Shown here piece after piece: positions 1 to 14,077 of a DNA stretch of 64,000 nt. The position numbers and the translations under genes were made by a program. Origin of the DNA: Proteromonas lacertae (lineage: Eukaryota); the NCBI GenBank assembly GCA_002245135.1, contig NGBS01001160.1, forward strand, positions 744,001-808,000. Reading direction: 5' to 3'. The notes beneath the pieces were generated by a model. It did not search any database, was not told the origin of the DNA, and saw only the letters and a list, made by a program, of their open reading frames with translations. Numbering within the stretch: the stretch's first letter is position 1; each line of letters opens with the position of its first letter.

Positions 1-830
1 CTTTATCTTCTTCACCTTCGTAAGCATGAACTGCGATTTCTATTGTGTTTTCACCATATATGAATAATTCTAAAGGCATATATAATTCATAGTCTTCTAC
101 AGATACATTACGATATGCAGTTTTATTGAAATCACCAAAATCATCTAAACTAATACCTTTACTGAATATTCGATGACCATTTATTATTATTCCAAATGCA
201 CCATCTACACTGATTATTCCTAACATTTGTTTCATATTATCAATTACATCATTCGTATAAGTGAAACTGGTTTTATAAAATACATACTTTTGACCTATGT
301 TAGTAGGCAAATTGTTAGCTGGTGTATAAATCCATTCATATGGACTAACAGCTGGATTGAAAGAAGGATCTATCCAATCTTTGCCTGGTTCACCTGTAGG
401 GTAAGTATATACATACCAATAACTACTGAGTGTAATATAATCTTCAATAGCTTGACTTTCTTTAACTCCTTTCTTATATTCTCTTAAATGAGTTATAGAA
501 CCAAGAGTAAATTCATCATCATAGCTGTCAGGGGTTTGGGCTGAAGTGATATGAACTTTGTAAATATAATCTTTGCATCTTTGTTTCAACATTCCAACTA
601 TTCTATCTTTTACCAATTCAAGACCTTTAGGTAATTTAGGTGTAATTTCAATAGTGCCAATTTGTTGAGAACATTTGAATGGTATATTAACCTTTTGATT
701 TCTAAATAAATGAATGTCTGAAGTTTTATTACATGTAAATGGAGTTAGTGCATCTATATTATATAGATTCGACATTATACATACATGAAGAACCAACCAA
801 CAATAACAGAAATAAAACTAAAAATCTCAT
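1..830 (-). CDS. 5' part of a second copy of the Ig-like (He_PIG-type) surface protein; runs off the window edge
   Basis: ATG at 830, signal peptide MRFLVLFLLLLVGSS, a 31-nt GT-AG intron, then an open frame; 1-383 is identical to 4890-5272. Confidence 0.85.
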
Positions 831-1078
831 AATATTTTGTTTAAAAATGTATAGTTAGATTTTATGCTTAATAATCAAAGCAATTGATCTATCATCCAAT
901 AGATCAAAGATTCAATTTTTTTAATTCTATTATGAATAACTCATTTTTAATGATTAAAAAATGATATTTAATTATATATAGTCTGATAAATAAAACAATT
1001 AGACATATATAATTGTCTAATGTTAGAAAATAAAATAATAAAAGAATGATAATAATTATACAACACTTCTTTTGAACT

Positions 1079-4000
1079 CTATACTTTAGTTCCACGCTTC
1101 TTCACTGGAGCTTTCGATGCTCCACCATGACTTGATTTTACTCTACGACAATAGCAAATTAAACAGCAAACTACAAGAATAATTAACACACCAACAGCTG
1201 CAGCAACACCAATTATGATATACATTGTAGTATCATCTAATCCTTCTTTTTTAGCTTCAGGAGGTTTTGGAACTACTACTTGTTGTATAGGCGCTTCAAT
1301 TTCATTTAATACACTACTCAATTTAGAAGATGTTAGTCTATTACCTAGCGTTGCTTTATATTTGTCTGAGAATGTCTTTTTAGCTTGGAAATTAGGTAAA
1401 TTTTCTTCAACTCTTGCTTGTGTAACTGTTTCTTTATCTGTTACTATATAAGCATTGAATTCTACTGATTCATCAACAAGAATTCTTCTTCTTCCATTAC
1501 TTTTCACTGCAACTACTTGAACTCGATTTTTACAATTATCTTTTATACCTAAAACTGCACAAATACCTTGTCTTAATCCTTCGATATCTTCCATTAATAA
1601 ATCATCTATTGTTACATTCTTTGCTGTAAATTTAAAAACTACTGTCAAATTATTTTCTTCATTATGAATAATTGGATTTGTACAGTTAGTTGTTAATAAA
1701 TCACTCCAAATACCACCACTCAAACATTCTATTCTTTGATTTCCTATTTTACCATCTAAACATGGTGAATCAAATTTAGATCCTTTCACAGATGTTGGAT
1801 AAATACCTTTTGCAACACATCGATAATCATCAGCAATATACACCATCAAAGGAAATGGATCAGATTCTTTATTACCTGTAGATGCTGTAATACCAATTAT
1901 TTGAATATTATCTATAGGATTAGTTGATGTTGGAATTCCTTTTATTGATCCATCAGTTGGATTACCACTTACACCATCTGGTAAATTTTCAAATGTCCAT
2001 GTCAACAATGGAAATATGTTTGCATCATACTCTGGAATCAAATTAATTTCATCTTTTCCTAATCTATATCCTTTCTCTTGGGGAGTATAGGTAAACGATG
2101 GTCGAGCAGCTTCACAGTGACTATCAAGAGGTGTGAATTCAGCAATATAATTACCACCGGATGATGTTATTATACATTTTGCACTTTTAAATCCTTCTTC
2201 TCCTTGTTGACATTTACCTTGAGCTATTTCACCAGCATTAACTTCTGGATAAGTGTCTGTTGCTTCACATCTTAATTGAATTACATTTATCACTAATTTA
2301 TATTCAGTATCTGTATCTCCATGAACAATCACTGTAAATTCAGGTGAATTTTGAGTATCTTCAGTTGGAACTCCGATTATTACACCTGTTTTACCATCTA
2401 ATCTTAAACCACCTGGAGATTTATTATCTTTCCATTCAAACGATATTGTATCTGGAGGATTACTTACAACTGGTCTTATTTCTAATGCAAATGCTACATA
2501 TAATTTATCTGGAATATTCCATTCCACATTCGTTGGATAAGCATCATGACATCCACTATCATCTTCAGTAAACTTGTAAGGAGGAGGATCACTTTCCTTA
2601 CATGTTCCTATTACTGTTCCGTATTTAGGCAATGCACATTTCTTAGTTGCTGTTCCACCTACTTGAGTTCTTGGAAAACCATCTCCTTCACAGACTGGAG
2701 CATATATTTTGAAATCGTAAGTCATGGTAAGATTTACATCACCAACTACTGTTACACTAGCAGTTTCCATGTATGAACTTCCTGAAGGAAACATGATTGT
2801 ATTACCAGCAGCGATAGTACTAGATGGAGGAGGAGGATCTAATGTTATTTTATAATTACTGGGTGGATCAACGATAAGTTTTACAGCTTTAGCTGCTTTA
2901 GTAACACCTATTAATGTTGATTCATCTACTGTGAATGATCTTGGATATGCTTCGTCTATTTTAATAAATAATAATTATAAAATAAATATACGACAACCAG
3001 AATTGGATGGATCTTCCCATTCTACATCATATGTTGTTTTATCGGTTATTTTACATACTCTAGTTATATCTCCATATTCTTTTCCTTCTTCTCCTAATGT
3101 TGAACATGGTTTAGTACCTGTTTTACCTGGAAATGTCACTGCAAATCCACCATCTTCAGCACAATATTTGGCTATAATTTTCAAATTAAAAGTAGCAGAA
3201 GTAGCAGTATTACTAACTGTATGTTGTGCTTCATAACCATCTAATTGATCAGTGTTTGTTCCAGATATAATTCCTGTTTTACAACTTAATGTTAATCCTT
3301 CAGGTAACGGTGGTTCAATTGAACAACTTCCTATCACAGACTCTTCATCAATTTGTGGTCTACTACTTTTAAATGGAACACCTGTAATCAACTCCATATT
3401 ACTATATACGATGGAAGTTGTTAATTTATTTACAATTGATATTTTTAATGTTGTAGTATTAGATGCATCTTCATTTTCAATTGTTATTACAGTAGTATAA
3501 GTCTTTTTTAATGATTCTGTTGTACCTGTTATTACACCAGTTTCTGGATCGATTCTAAAACCTAGTGGAGTACCACTTGAGAAATATATCCTAGTATGAC
3601 GTAATTCAATATTTGATGGTTCAATTGGTGTGATTTCAGTATCTTTAACAAATTCGTATTCATATTCTGGATACTCAAGTATAGGTTTATCATATTCTAT
3701 TAATATATTAAAAACAATAAAACATACTACATCTGTCGACTGCTACTAATTTAGGAGGAAATGTTGGAGTACAATAATATTTTCCAGTATTAGCATATAG
3801 CTCATTAACTGTTTTACAATCATCAATTTCTAAATATTCACCTGCTATTGTTATTGCATAATTCTCTTCTTCACAATAGAAATCTAATTATTATATAATA
3901 ATTAATTAAAATACTTTGACTTGATATTGTTACTGTTACTTCACCTTCATCACCACCATCACCTATATAAGAGACAGTACAACTAAGATTATCATATGCA

Positions 4001-5730
4001 TAAGGAGGAGAACCACGAATTACACCAAATCTATCTATTTTAAATTCAGTGTGATTTTCACCACAATCAATTGAGAATGACTTTGCTAAGCCTTCATATG
4101 TTGGAACAAATGTATTATTGTAATTAACATAAAATTTAGTAATACCATCATTTGGATATACAAGATTGGATATTTGTTTTGGTTTACATTCATTTATTTC
4201 TTCATTACTAAATCCATCAGCTGTACATTCTTTCTTTATATATCCATATTGATCTTCTGGACAAAACTTAGTACCATAACTACCAACAAATGTACTTGAA
4301 TAACCATCTTCAATACAATCTGACATACTTTTATATTTCACAACAAATTCACCAATTTCTAAATAGTTTCCAAATGCTATATTATAATTAAAATTACTTT
4401 CTACTTTCAATCTATAACCTTCATATAAATGGAAATTTGGATTATTCATATCCCAATGATACATGTAATTACTCTTATAATTCGCAGTAGATTCAGCTGT
4501 AATAGTTGTCCCTATTTTTTCCCATACCGAATCAACTCCTTTTTCACCAATCATTTCAACTGTTCCTTCTAAAGAAAATGTCTTTGGAAACACATTATTA
4601 TTATTAATTGTACCTAACATTATACTATTAAAATATTTTGCATGGTTTGGAAATGAACATGTTATTTTGTTTGGAAATATTGATGATTCATCACCTGGAT
4701 ATCCTCCTAAACTTAGTTTATTCTGCTCTCCACATACACCATCAACTAATCCAGAATATCTTGGATTTGCAGTTTTAGCTGTTTTATCAGCAATAATAGT
4801 CATTCCTCCAGATCCTACACTTGATAATGTTTGAACCACTGGTTCATCTGTTGATGACCAAGCAGATAAAGTAAAGGAAAATCGCTTCTCTTTATCTTCT
4901 TCACCTTCGTAAGCATGAACTGCGATTTCTATTGTGTTTTCACCATATATGAATAATTCTAAAGGCATATATAATTCATAGTCTTCTACAGATACATTAC
5001 GATATGCAGTTTTATTGAAATCACCAAAATCATCTAAACTAATACCTTTACTGAATATTCGATGACCATTTATTATTATTCCAAATGCACCATCTACACT
5101 GATTATTCCTAACATTTGTTTCATATTATCAATTACATCATTCGTATAAGTGAAACTGGTTTTATAAAATACATACTTTTGACCTATGTTAGTAGGCAAA
5201 TTGTTAGCTGGTGTATAAATCCATTCATATGGACTAACAGCTGGATTGAAAGAAGGATCTATCCAATCTTTGTCTGCTGTTCACCAGTAGCATTGGCTAA
5301 GTATATACATGTACCAGTAACTACCTGGTTGTTATATAATTTCTTATAGCTTTAGTATGCTTTAGCACCTCGATGGAATTCTCTTAAATGAGTTATAGAA
5401 CCAAGAGTAAATTCATCATCATAACTATCAGTAGTTTGAGCTGAGGTAAAATGTATCTTGTAGAGATGGGTTTCACACCTTTCTTTCAACATTCCAACTA
5501 TTCTATCTTTTACCAATTCAAGACCTTTAGGTAATTTAGGTGTAATTTCAATAGTGCCAATTTGTTGAGAACATATGAATGGTATATTAACCTTTTGATT
5601 TCTCAACAAATGTATGTCTTCCGCTTTATTACACCTGAATGGGGTTAGCGCAACTATATAAAAAATACTAGCAACGTTTTATACATGAGGAGCTGATAAT
5701 AAATGCTAAAAATAAAACCAAAAATTTCAT
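1079..5730 (-). CDS. Large type-I membrane surface protein: signal peptide, repeated putative Ig domains alternating with Cys-rich modules, jelly-roll-like regions, C-terminal TM helix
   Basis: Joins ORFs 5352-5609, 3871-5199, 2975-3397 and 1079-2794 via short GT-AG introns; repeated LP.GL.l....G.I.G.P motifs; TM IIIGVAAAVGVLIILVVCCLIC plus basic tail; frame disrupted at about 5273-5378. Confidence 0.8.
4890..5730. repeat. Direct tandem duplication of 1-830 (unit about 4.9 kb)
   Basis: Direct comparison: offset 4889 in the first block and 4900 after the variable block. Confidence 0.95.
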
Positions 5731-6099
5731 AAGTTTGTTAGAAAAAAGTATAGTTATATTATTTCTTGATAATCAAAGATGAAATCTATTTGACCAATCA
5801 AATTTGAGGATTTAGATTTATTTTTTGAAAAGATTATTCTGTTCGATGAGTCTTTAATAAATCACTACATCTACCATTTTATATTCTTGACCAATATACA
5901 AATAATCATCCCATGTCTTTACCACTAAAAGATCACAAATGAACAATTACACTACTGATCTTTTCTATTTTTGATATGAAAGATAGCATGCAAGATTAAA
6001 TCTACTACACAAAAATAACATTATAATCTTCACCGTTATATTAAATAAACCTTAAAAAAATAATTTGAAGTCAAGCCAAGTTTTCTTACTCACTCATTC

Positions 6100-7686
6100 A
6101 TGAATTTAGAAGGATTAGAGCTTGGAAAAATTATTAAAAATGATATAAATTTGAAAATAAGAGAAGGAAAATTCAAAAATGACAATGTAATGATAAAAGA
6201 ATATAACATAAGTGAGATGAGTATAGAAGAGAAGAAAAGATTAAGAAACGAGTTGAAGATTCTTGAAATAATAAATTCTCGATATTTAGTTCATCATTAT
6301 GCCAATATGATGTTAGGTAATAATTTGTTGATAGTTTTAGAGAGTTTTCCAGGAAAAAGTGTTCGAAAATATATGAATTTATTTATAAATAGAAATCGAC
6401 ATTTTAATGAGAAAGTATAGAAATTCTTAAATCTACTTAAATAGACAATATGTCGTGCTTTGTTCAATCTATCATCTGCTTTAAAATACTTACACGAAGA
6501 GCGTGAATGTGGTAGATTAGTCCATCGTAATATTAATCCAGACACAATCATGTTAACAAATGATGGTGAGTTTGTATTAGGTGATTTGGGTTTGACAAAA
6601 TTCAGTAACACCATATTAACAACCTTAACAAATGAACCATCATATCGAGCTCCAGAAATGTTAAATGATAAATATACATACAAAGTTGATATTTGGAGTG
6701 TAGGTTGTGTATTATATGAAATGTGTAGTCTAAAGCCGTTGTTTAACAATTTTGACACTTTAACAATGAGTAGAAGTAATTCAATTGATAAAAATAAAAT
6801 AGAAAGAATACCATGGAGATATAGTAATGACTTATGGAGAATAATAAAGAAATGTTTAAAATTAGATGAGAATAAAAGATGTGATGCTGATTATATATTA
6901 CATACTGATTATATAAAGAATTATATAAATGAAAATGAAATTTTACCTAAAGAAGTAGAATTATTACTACAACAAAAGCCACAACTATCATTTGATAGAT
7001 GTATATATATGAATTATTTATTCTATTTAGATCCTCCAACTGAAACAATTATTCCATTACTTTATATGGAAGAAGCACCACAGCCTATACCACCAACACA
7101 AAAACAACAATTAATTTCATCATTTTCTTCATCAGATCAACAACATATTTCATCATTATCATCTTCATCAGAATCAACATCTTCATTATTTTCAACACAA
7201 CAAGGAGGTAGTTATAATAAACGGAGATTATTAAATGGATCTAATAATAGTGATTGTAAAAATAATAACAATTACCAGTATCAGCCAATTTTACCAATAA
7301 ATTTTAACGATGATGATGATTGTAATGAAAGTAGTTCATTTATACATACTCGTCGATTGAAAAGTGTAGAAATAAAAGCATTAATAGAAGAAGAAATGAA
7401 AAGTAAAAGGAATTATTATATATTTTTAGCAATTGCAGGGTGTTTATTCTTAAATCTATTAATTCAGTTGTGGTATCATGTGAAAGTTTTTTTTTATATA
7501 TTTCTTATACTTTTTGTGGTAATAGAATTATTACATTATTTACGTAAACCAAAATTGTTTTCTGGTGTGCTGTATTTTGCGTATTATACATCCTGTTGTT
7601 TATCTGTTGTTGTTTGGAAAAGTCTTGTGCTTAGTTTCTGGACAATTTATTATTCTTTATGTTGTTGTTGCTGTAAATGTAGATGA
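6100..7686 (+). CDS. NEK-like pseudokinase with C-terminal hydrophobic segments
   Basis: LVHRNINPDTI, DLG, YRAPE, DIWSVGCVLYEM; 30-nt intron near 6415-6444; hydrophobic C-terminus ending CCCCCKCR. Confidence 0.8.
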
Positions 7687-7788
7687 AATTAGAAAAATGA
7701 TTTAAAGATATAGAAATATAATTAATAATTATTATTTATACAAGTAATATATAGCTTTTTTTAAATGTTAATTTATGTAGTTTATAGG

Positions 7789-9496
7789 TTAATTATCATT
7801 ATTCTTCAGAATCGTCTTACACTTCTCTAATCTTTCAGGCAAAAGGTCTTCATTCTCTTCATATAACCTTATCATATAATATGTATCTCTCATATTATAC
7901 TCTATACTTATAATCACTCCATTACTAAATTTATCCATATAAAACACTTTAACTTCACTACCAATATCATAACGTCTATTAGTGCTTAAATGATCAATTG
8001 GAACATAATATCTTCTCCTATTTTTAGCTAAAATCCAATAGTTATTATTGTGTATATTACTAACTACAATTCCATCATATGGAGTAGAATCAGAAGGTAA
8101 ATGGAAAATAACATTATCTTGAGGTTTTAATACTGGATATAATAAATTAGCCTTGAATTTCAATACAGTTCCAGATAGATATTTTACTGTATATATTCCA
8201 TTTAGTATTGAATATATCCTTGCTACTCTATACTGCTTTGATTGATAGTGATAAACATTAACAAATTCCTTTTCTTTGAAACAGAATTCATCATAATCAA
8301 GATTTGGACTATACGATATATATATATATATATAATAAATACATTGGTGGTGGTGGAGGTTCAGATAGAAATATTTTACTCAGAAACTCAATGAAATCAA
8401 ATACATATTCATAATATTTACCTATAGAAATATACTCTTGATTATTATTTCTATTATTCCACTTTGTTATTATTTCTTCAATTGATTTAGATTCATTGAA
8501 TTGTTTTAAACTGTCAACATCTTTCAATAATTTAGTAATTAATTGGATCAATAAATCATGACAGTCTTTTAAGCAAATATATTGATTCTTAACAACATCA
8601 ATTGCTTTTTTTATCTCTTCTTCAGATTTATATGTATTAACAGATTTTATAGTCTCATCAATTAAATTTAAATTAGTTTCACTACCCACAATTGATATTT
8701 TGTTTATAATTGTATTGATTGAATCTGTATAAGATGCATAAATCATATTTGATTTAATAATTAAAGTTAAATAATCTAAAAGAGTGTGGTCTTTTATTTT
8801 CATTTTTAATCCATCAATATCTTTCTCATAATTATTATGTAGTGAATTTAATATATCCAAATATTTGTCTATTATATTCTTATCTAGCTTTGATTCTTCT
8901 TCCTTTGGTTTTTCTTCTATTTTTGGTTTTTCTTCTTCAACTACTGACTTTTCTTCTTCAACTACTGGCTTATTTTCTTCTATAATAGGCTTAGCTTCCT
9001 CTTCTTTTGGTTTTGCTTCCTCAACAGATTCTTCCACTTCATTTGGCTTATTTTCTTCTACAACAGGTTTAACTTCTTCAATTATTGGTATTATCTTTTC
9101 TTCGACAGGCTTTGCTTCTTTTACTATTGGTTTTGTTTCTTCCACTACTAGTTTTGGTATTTCTTCAACAACTGGTTTTGATTGTTCTTCATTTCTGAGT
9201 GCATTAGAAGATTCAGATGCACTTCTACTTCTTGATCCTGAAGAACTTCTAGAAGCACTACCTTCACTTTCTGATCCACTTCTACTATGTGAAGGAGTTC
9301 TACTTTTAGAACTCCCTGATCCACTTCTGCTATAAGATTTACTACTCTTACTGGCTGAACTTCTACTAGCACTATTTGAGTCACTACTCCCACTTCTAGA
9401 ACCACTAGCACTTCTACTACCTGAATTAGAGCTTCCACTGCGTGATGAACCACTTTGACTTTGTTTATTCAAATTAGATTCTGCTTCTATATCCAT
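7789..9496 (-). CDS. Ser/Arg-rich and Glu/Lys/Pro-repeat protein with possible C-terminal Tudor/SH3-like barrels
   Basis: ORFs 8309-9496 and 7789-8163 joined by a GT-AG intron near 8309-8342; domain call is tentative. Confidence 0.55.
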
Positions 9497-9561
9497 TTTT
9501 TCAAAAAAGAATGTTGAGAAAGCTTGATTACCTCAAATATAGATAGACTGTTTTACTTGAT

Positions 9562-10586
9562 ATGTCATCTTCAAGCCACAGAAAGAGGACAGTTATAACT
9601 TCTTTGGAACAACTTGACAAAGTGTCAGAGTTGGGAACAGGATTTTATGGGTATTAGTATTGAATTTACTTATTGCTAGATCTGTTTATCTGATGAAGCA
9701 TAAGACAACTGGAGAATATTTTGCTATGAAGATATCTTTATCAAAAGATAAAAGTGCTCTTCTTCGTATTTTATTTGTGTATTTTATGATTTAGAGTTTA
9801 TTAATGAATTTGTTCAACTTCGAAAATTGCAACATCCAAACATTCTTCAGTTCGATGGAATATTTAAAATCAAAGATTCAAATCAATGTGCAATAATCAC
9901 TGAATATGCTGAAGGCGGTAATTTACATTCATTATTGATGAATAAAGATCATGAAATTTCACTTTCTAAAGCTACAGATTATGCATTTCAAGTTGCAGAA
10001 GGTATGAAATATCTTCATGAACAAGTATTTCATTTTGATATTTATTCTTTGTACTATAGAATATTATTCATCGAGATTTGAAAGCTGAGAATTGTCTATT
10101 AGATAAAACATATCAACGTATATTTGTAGCTGATTTTGGATTGGCTAAATCACATTTAGTTGGTAATGAAGAAATAAAATTTGTATATTATTCTTTTATT
10201 CATTGTTTTAATAATTAATTAATAGAAGAGAATGACAGTGTGTGGTACACCGTGGATTATGGCTCCTGAATTACTTCAATCCAAACCTTATGGATCTCCA
10301 GCTGATGTTTTTTCTTATGGAATTTTGTTATGTGAAATTGTAATAAGATGTAAAACAGATGATATACCAAGAACTAATGATTTTGGTGTAGATATAAATG
10401 AAGTAAAAAAATTGAATACAAATAAATTTTCAGAGAAATTTTTGAATTTGATTGAACAGGTATTGATTATTATTATTATTACTGTATAAATAGTGTACTC
10501 AGCTTGAACCAACACATAGACCGTCATTTGAGACGATAATTCCAATGTTTGATGAGATTTATCAAGAATATACTCATTTGCAATAA
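9562..10586 (+). CDS. TKL protein kinase, LIMK/TESK (LISK)-like
   Basis: LGTGFYG, AMK, HRDLKAENCL, DFG, MTVCGTPWIMAPE, DVFSYGILLCEI, IPRTNDFG across five short introns. Confidence 0.85.
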
Positions 10587-10728
10587 TTAATACCTTTATG
10601 TCCTTTATTATATGAAATTCAATTGTTTCAATTCATTTTTGTTTGAGAGATATGCTGTTCAATTCAAAATACTTTTGAAATAAAACGATTATATTTTTGG
10701 AATTGCTCAAAAATTTAAAAAGACTACT

Positions 10729-11487
10729 ATGGTAAGCAGTAAGTTTTTTTGTTATATGTTGCGATCTCTTAATCCTAAATACCCTAATTCTACATATATT
10801 GGATTTACTGTTAATCCTTACAGAAGAATCAGACAACACAATAGAGAAGTAGTTATTTATAGATTTTATTATAACATTCATAGATATTAGGAGGTGCTAG
10901 AAGGACAGGTTACAAAGGAAAATGGGAAATGTTGATTGTTATAAGAAATTTTCCTACAAAGATATCTGCTTTAAAATTCGAATGGGCTTGTATTAATTTA
11001 TACAATTTTAACAAAATAATAATAATACATAGGGCAACATCCTACAATCAGTACATTAGTTAAAAATCATGTTCCGAAGACAAAGAGATATGGTATAAAA
11101 TCAACATTACAAACAGCTATTACAATGGTAAGTCTAGAACCGTTCAATCAATTTCCATTAGAAATATGTTTATTAAATCCAGATTATAAATCCTATTTTT
11201 CAAATCTATCTCCAAATATTCCTTTATTGTTGAAGAATATAGATGATTTTAAGAATGTTCAATCTAGTCAAAATGTTCTGTATGTTATATTTTATGAATA
11301 TAATTAATTTAGAGAATGTTTTATATGTTTAAAGCCAATCAAGTTCATACATCAGAAAACTGAGTGTACTACTTGCCAGTCATATTTTCATGATTTTTGT
11401 TTAGCTAATAATTATATAACAGATGAAAATTCAATTCCTGATGAAATATCTTGTCCTGTGTGTGATTCTTCTCTTAAATGGGATTAA
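10729..11487 (+). CDS. SLX1: Structure-specific endonuclease SLX1 (GIY-YIG plus C-terminal RING/PHD-like finger)
   Basis: [38 protein letters not shown], and Cys/His finger CFIC..CTTC..FHDFC..CPVC; three introns. Confidence 0.9.
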
Positions 11488-11578
11488 TACTTTTTAATTT
11501 AACGTATTTGTAGTATTAGATGACTATTTTGAATGTTTATGAAAATGAACTAAATGAAACGGTTATATTTTTGGGAAG

Positions 11579-13979
11579 ATGTTTCATATCAAATCTTTGC
11601 TAATACTTGTGATCATTGCACTTGTAGCCGCTGATATTGATCATGGTTATATCAAATACAGTGATTTAGCTGGTAAGCCCTATGAAGTCACCTACAACAA
11701 AAGATCTTTGTTGATTAATGGCAAACCATCATTATTCATAAGTGGATCAGTGCATCCACCAAGATTCACTGTCGGTATATGGTTAATTATTTATGTCTAG
11801 ATATGTGGGATGGTATTTTGAGAAAAATGAAGGAAGATGGATTGAATATGGTAGAAGTTTATTTATTCTGGAATTTGAATGAACCTGAGCAAGGTCAATT
11901 CATTTGGGAAGGAGGTGTTACTGACTACACTAAATTCATAGAATTAGCTGCTAAGAACGATTTATTTGTCAATTTACGTATTGGACCATATGTATGTGCA
12001 GAATGGTCATATGGAGGCTTTCCAGCTTGGTTAAACACCATCGAAGGAATAAGATTAAGAGATTTCAACGAACCATTTATGAAGGCAATGGAAAATTACG
12101 TTAAAAAAGTAGTAGAAAAAGTGAGGCATCAATTTGCAGATAAAGGAGGACCAATTATCTTATCCCAAATAGAAAATGAATTACATTCTGATAATCGTCA
12201 ATACATTGATTGGTGTGGTGAATTAGCCGAATCTTTAGAAGTAAATGTTCCATTTGTAATGTGTCAAGGAGAAGCAGCTAATAACACTATTAATAGCTGT
12301 AATGGTAATGATTGTTATAACTTCTTAGAAGAACATGGTCAAACTGGAAAGATACAAGTTACTCAACCAGCTATTTGGACTGAAAATGAAGGATGGTTTC
12401 AATTATGGGGAGAACAAAGTGAATGTTATGATTATCGATATTGTAGTCAACCATCTAGAAAGATTACCGAATTATCTAATTCAATTGTTAGATGGTTTAG
12501 TAGAGGTGGTGATGTGATGAATTATTATATGTATCAAGGTGGAAATAACTTTGGAACAAATGCAGGAGATGGACTTACCACTATGTATGCTGAATATGTC
12601 AATTATCATGCAGATGGCCTTCCAAATGAACCAAAACATACACACTGTAATAATTTACACTATGTTATTGCTGATAATGCTGAAGCTATTATTTATGATG
12701 AAAGTCAAATGGATAAAGAAAAGAAATTAAAATGGTGGAATGGAAGTGAATTTGTAGATGGAGAACAACAAATGATATTTGAATACAGAGGTAATGGTAA
12801 ATTCGTAGGAATTATAGAGAATCAAGCTGATGTTCCTGTATTAACAAAATATAATGACACTGAGTATTATATGATTCAATATAGTTCAATTATTATTAAT
12901 TCAAAGTATGAAGTATTATATAATACAAGTAATGTTCCAGATGTTCAATCAAGAAGAGTATCTGAACCATTACAAGGTGGTTTTGACTGGAGTTATTATC
13001 CTGAAGAAGTCAATGAAGAAGGTAACGTGATTAAAGATAAAGTGTTACATGAACAAGTTGCGACAACATTAGATAAGAGTGAATATATGTATTATAAAGC
13101 AACAGTGGAAATGACAAATACAGAATGTGAATTAGTATTAGGAAGTTATAAACAAAACGCATTTTTGATTTATGTAAATGATGAATTTGTTGAAGATAAA
13201 TATGAAATTCATCATGATGGAGTAGGTAAAAAAGATTATAAATTCACATTAAAAGTGAATGAAATAGGTAAAATTAATTTAACAATAGTAAGCGAACATT
13301 TCGGTATTGTTAACTATTTTGGACCAAATGAACCAATTGGTTTACATGGATTACATACAGTTGCATTATGTGGTAAAAAATTAGATGATATTGAATGGTT
13401 TCAAAGACCATTTTTAACTGGTGAAGTTAAGAAAGTTTATACTGAAGAAGGTAGTAAAAGTGTTGAATGGAAGAAAGATATAAAAAATGCTCCAAAAATG
13501 AGTTGGTTCCAAGCCTAAATTTGATGCTGTTAAAGTCAGTGATAAAAAACAATATTCATTAAATGTAACTGGCTTGACTAGAGGTCATGCCTTTATAAAT
13601 GGTCATGATTTAGGTAGATATTGGACATTAAAAGGTAAGAATCAAGATTTCCCAACTCAATCATTGTATTATATTCCCAAAGCTTGGATGAAAGAGAAAG
13701 ATAATTTATTGACTGTTAGGTGAAGTTCTTGGTGCAAGTGATTTGGAAAAAGTCTCTTTAAGTATTACAAAAATGAATAAAGGTGATGATGATGATGATG
13801 ATGATGAAGGAAGTTCAACAATCTTTTGGGTTATATTATTGTCATTGATTGGAGGTGTTATTGTATTAGTTGCTATTGTTGCAGTTTATTTGTATATTCA
13901 AAAGATGAATAAGAAGAAGATGAATACAGCATTAGATATTGCTCAAAGTGATACAGGAGCTGATTATCAAAAAATATAA
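11579..13979 (+). CDS. Membrane-anchored GH35 beta-galactosidase
   Basis: Signal peptide, SGSVHPPR, LRIGPYVCAEW, QIENE, WTENEGWF, NYYMYQGGNNFG, C-terminal TM; +1 shifts at 13513-13516 and 13715-13718. Confidence 0.92.
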
Positions 13980-14077
13980 ACTCTTACTCTTCTATTACTG
14001 AATTGTTTTTTGTTTAACCTACAATAATATAATAATATAAAATAAAATATATGAAATTAATTTTAAATATACATCTT

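Noticed and set aside
5800..6090. Longer intergenic stretches (also 18510-18820 and 40360-40650) as ncRNA or gene relics
   Set aside because: No recognisable RNA motif or convincing ORF; the short shared ATGGTAGATGT could be chance.
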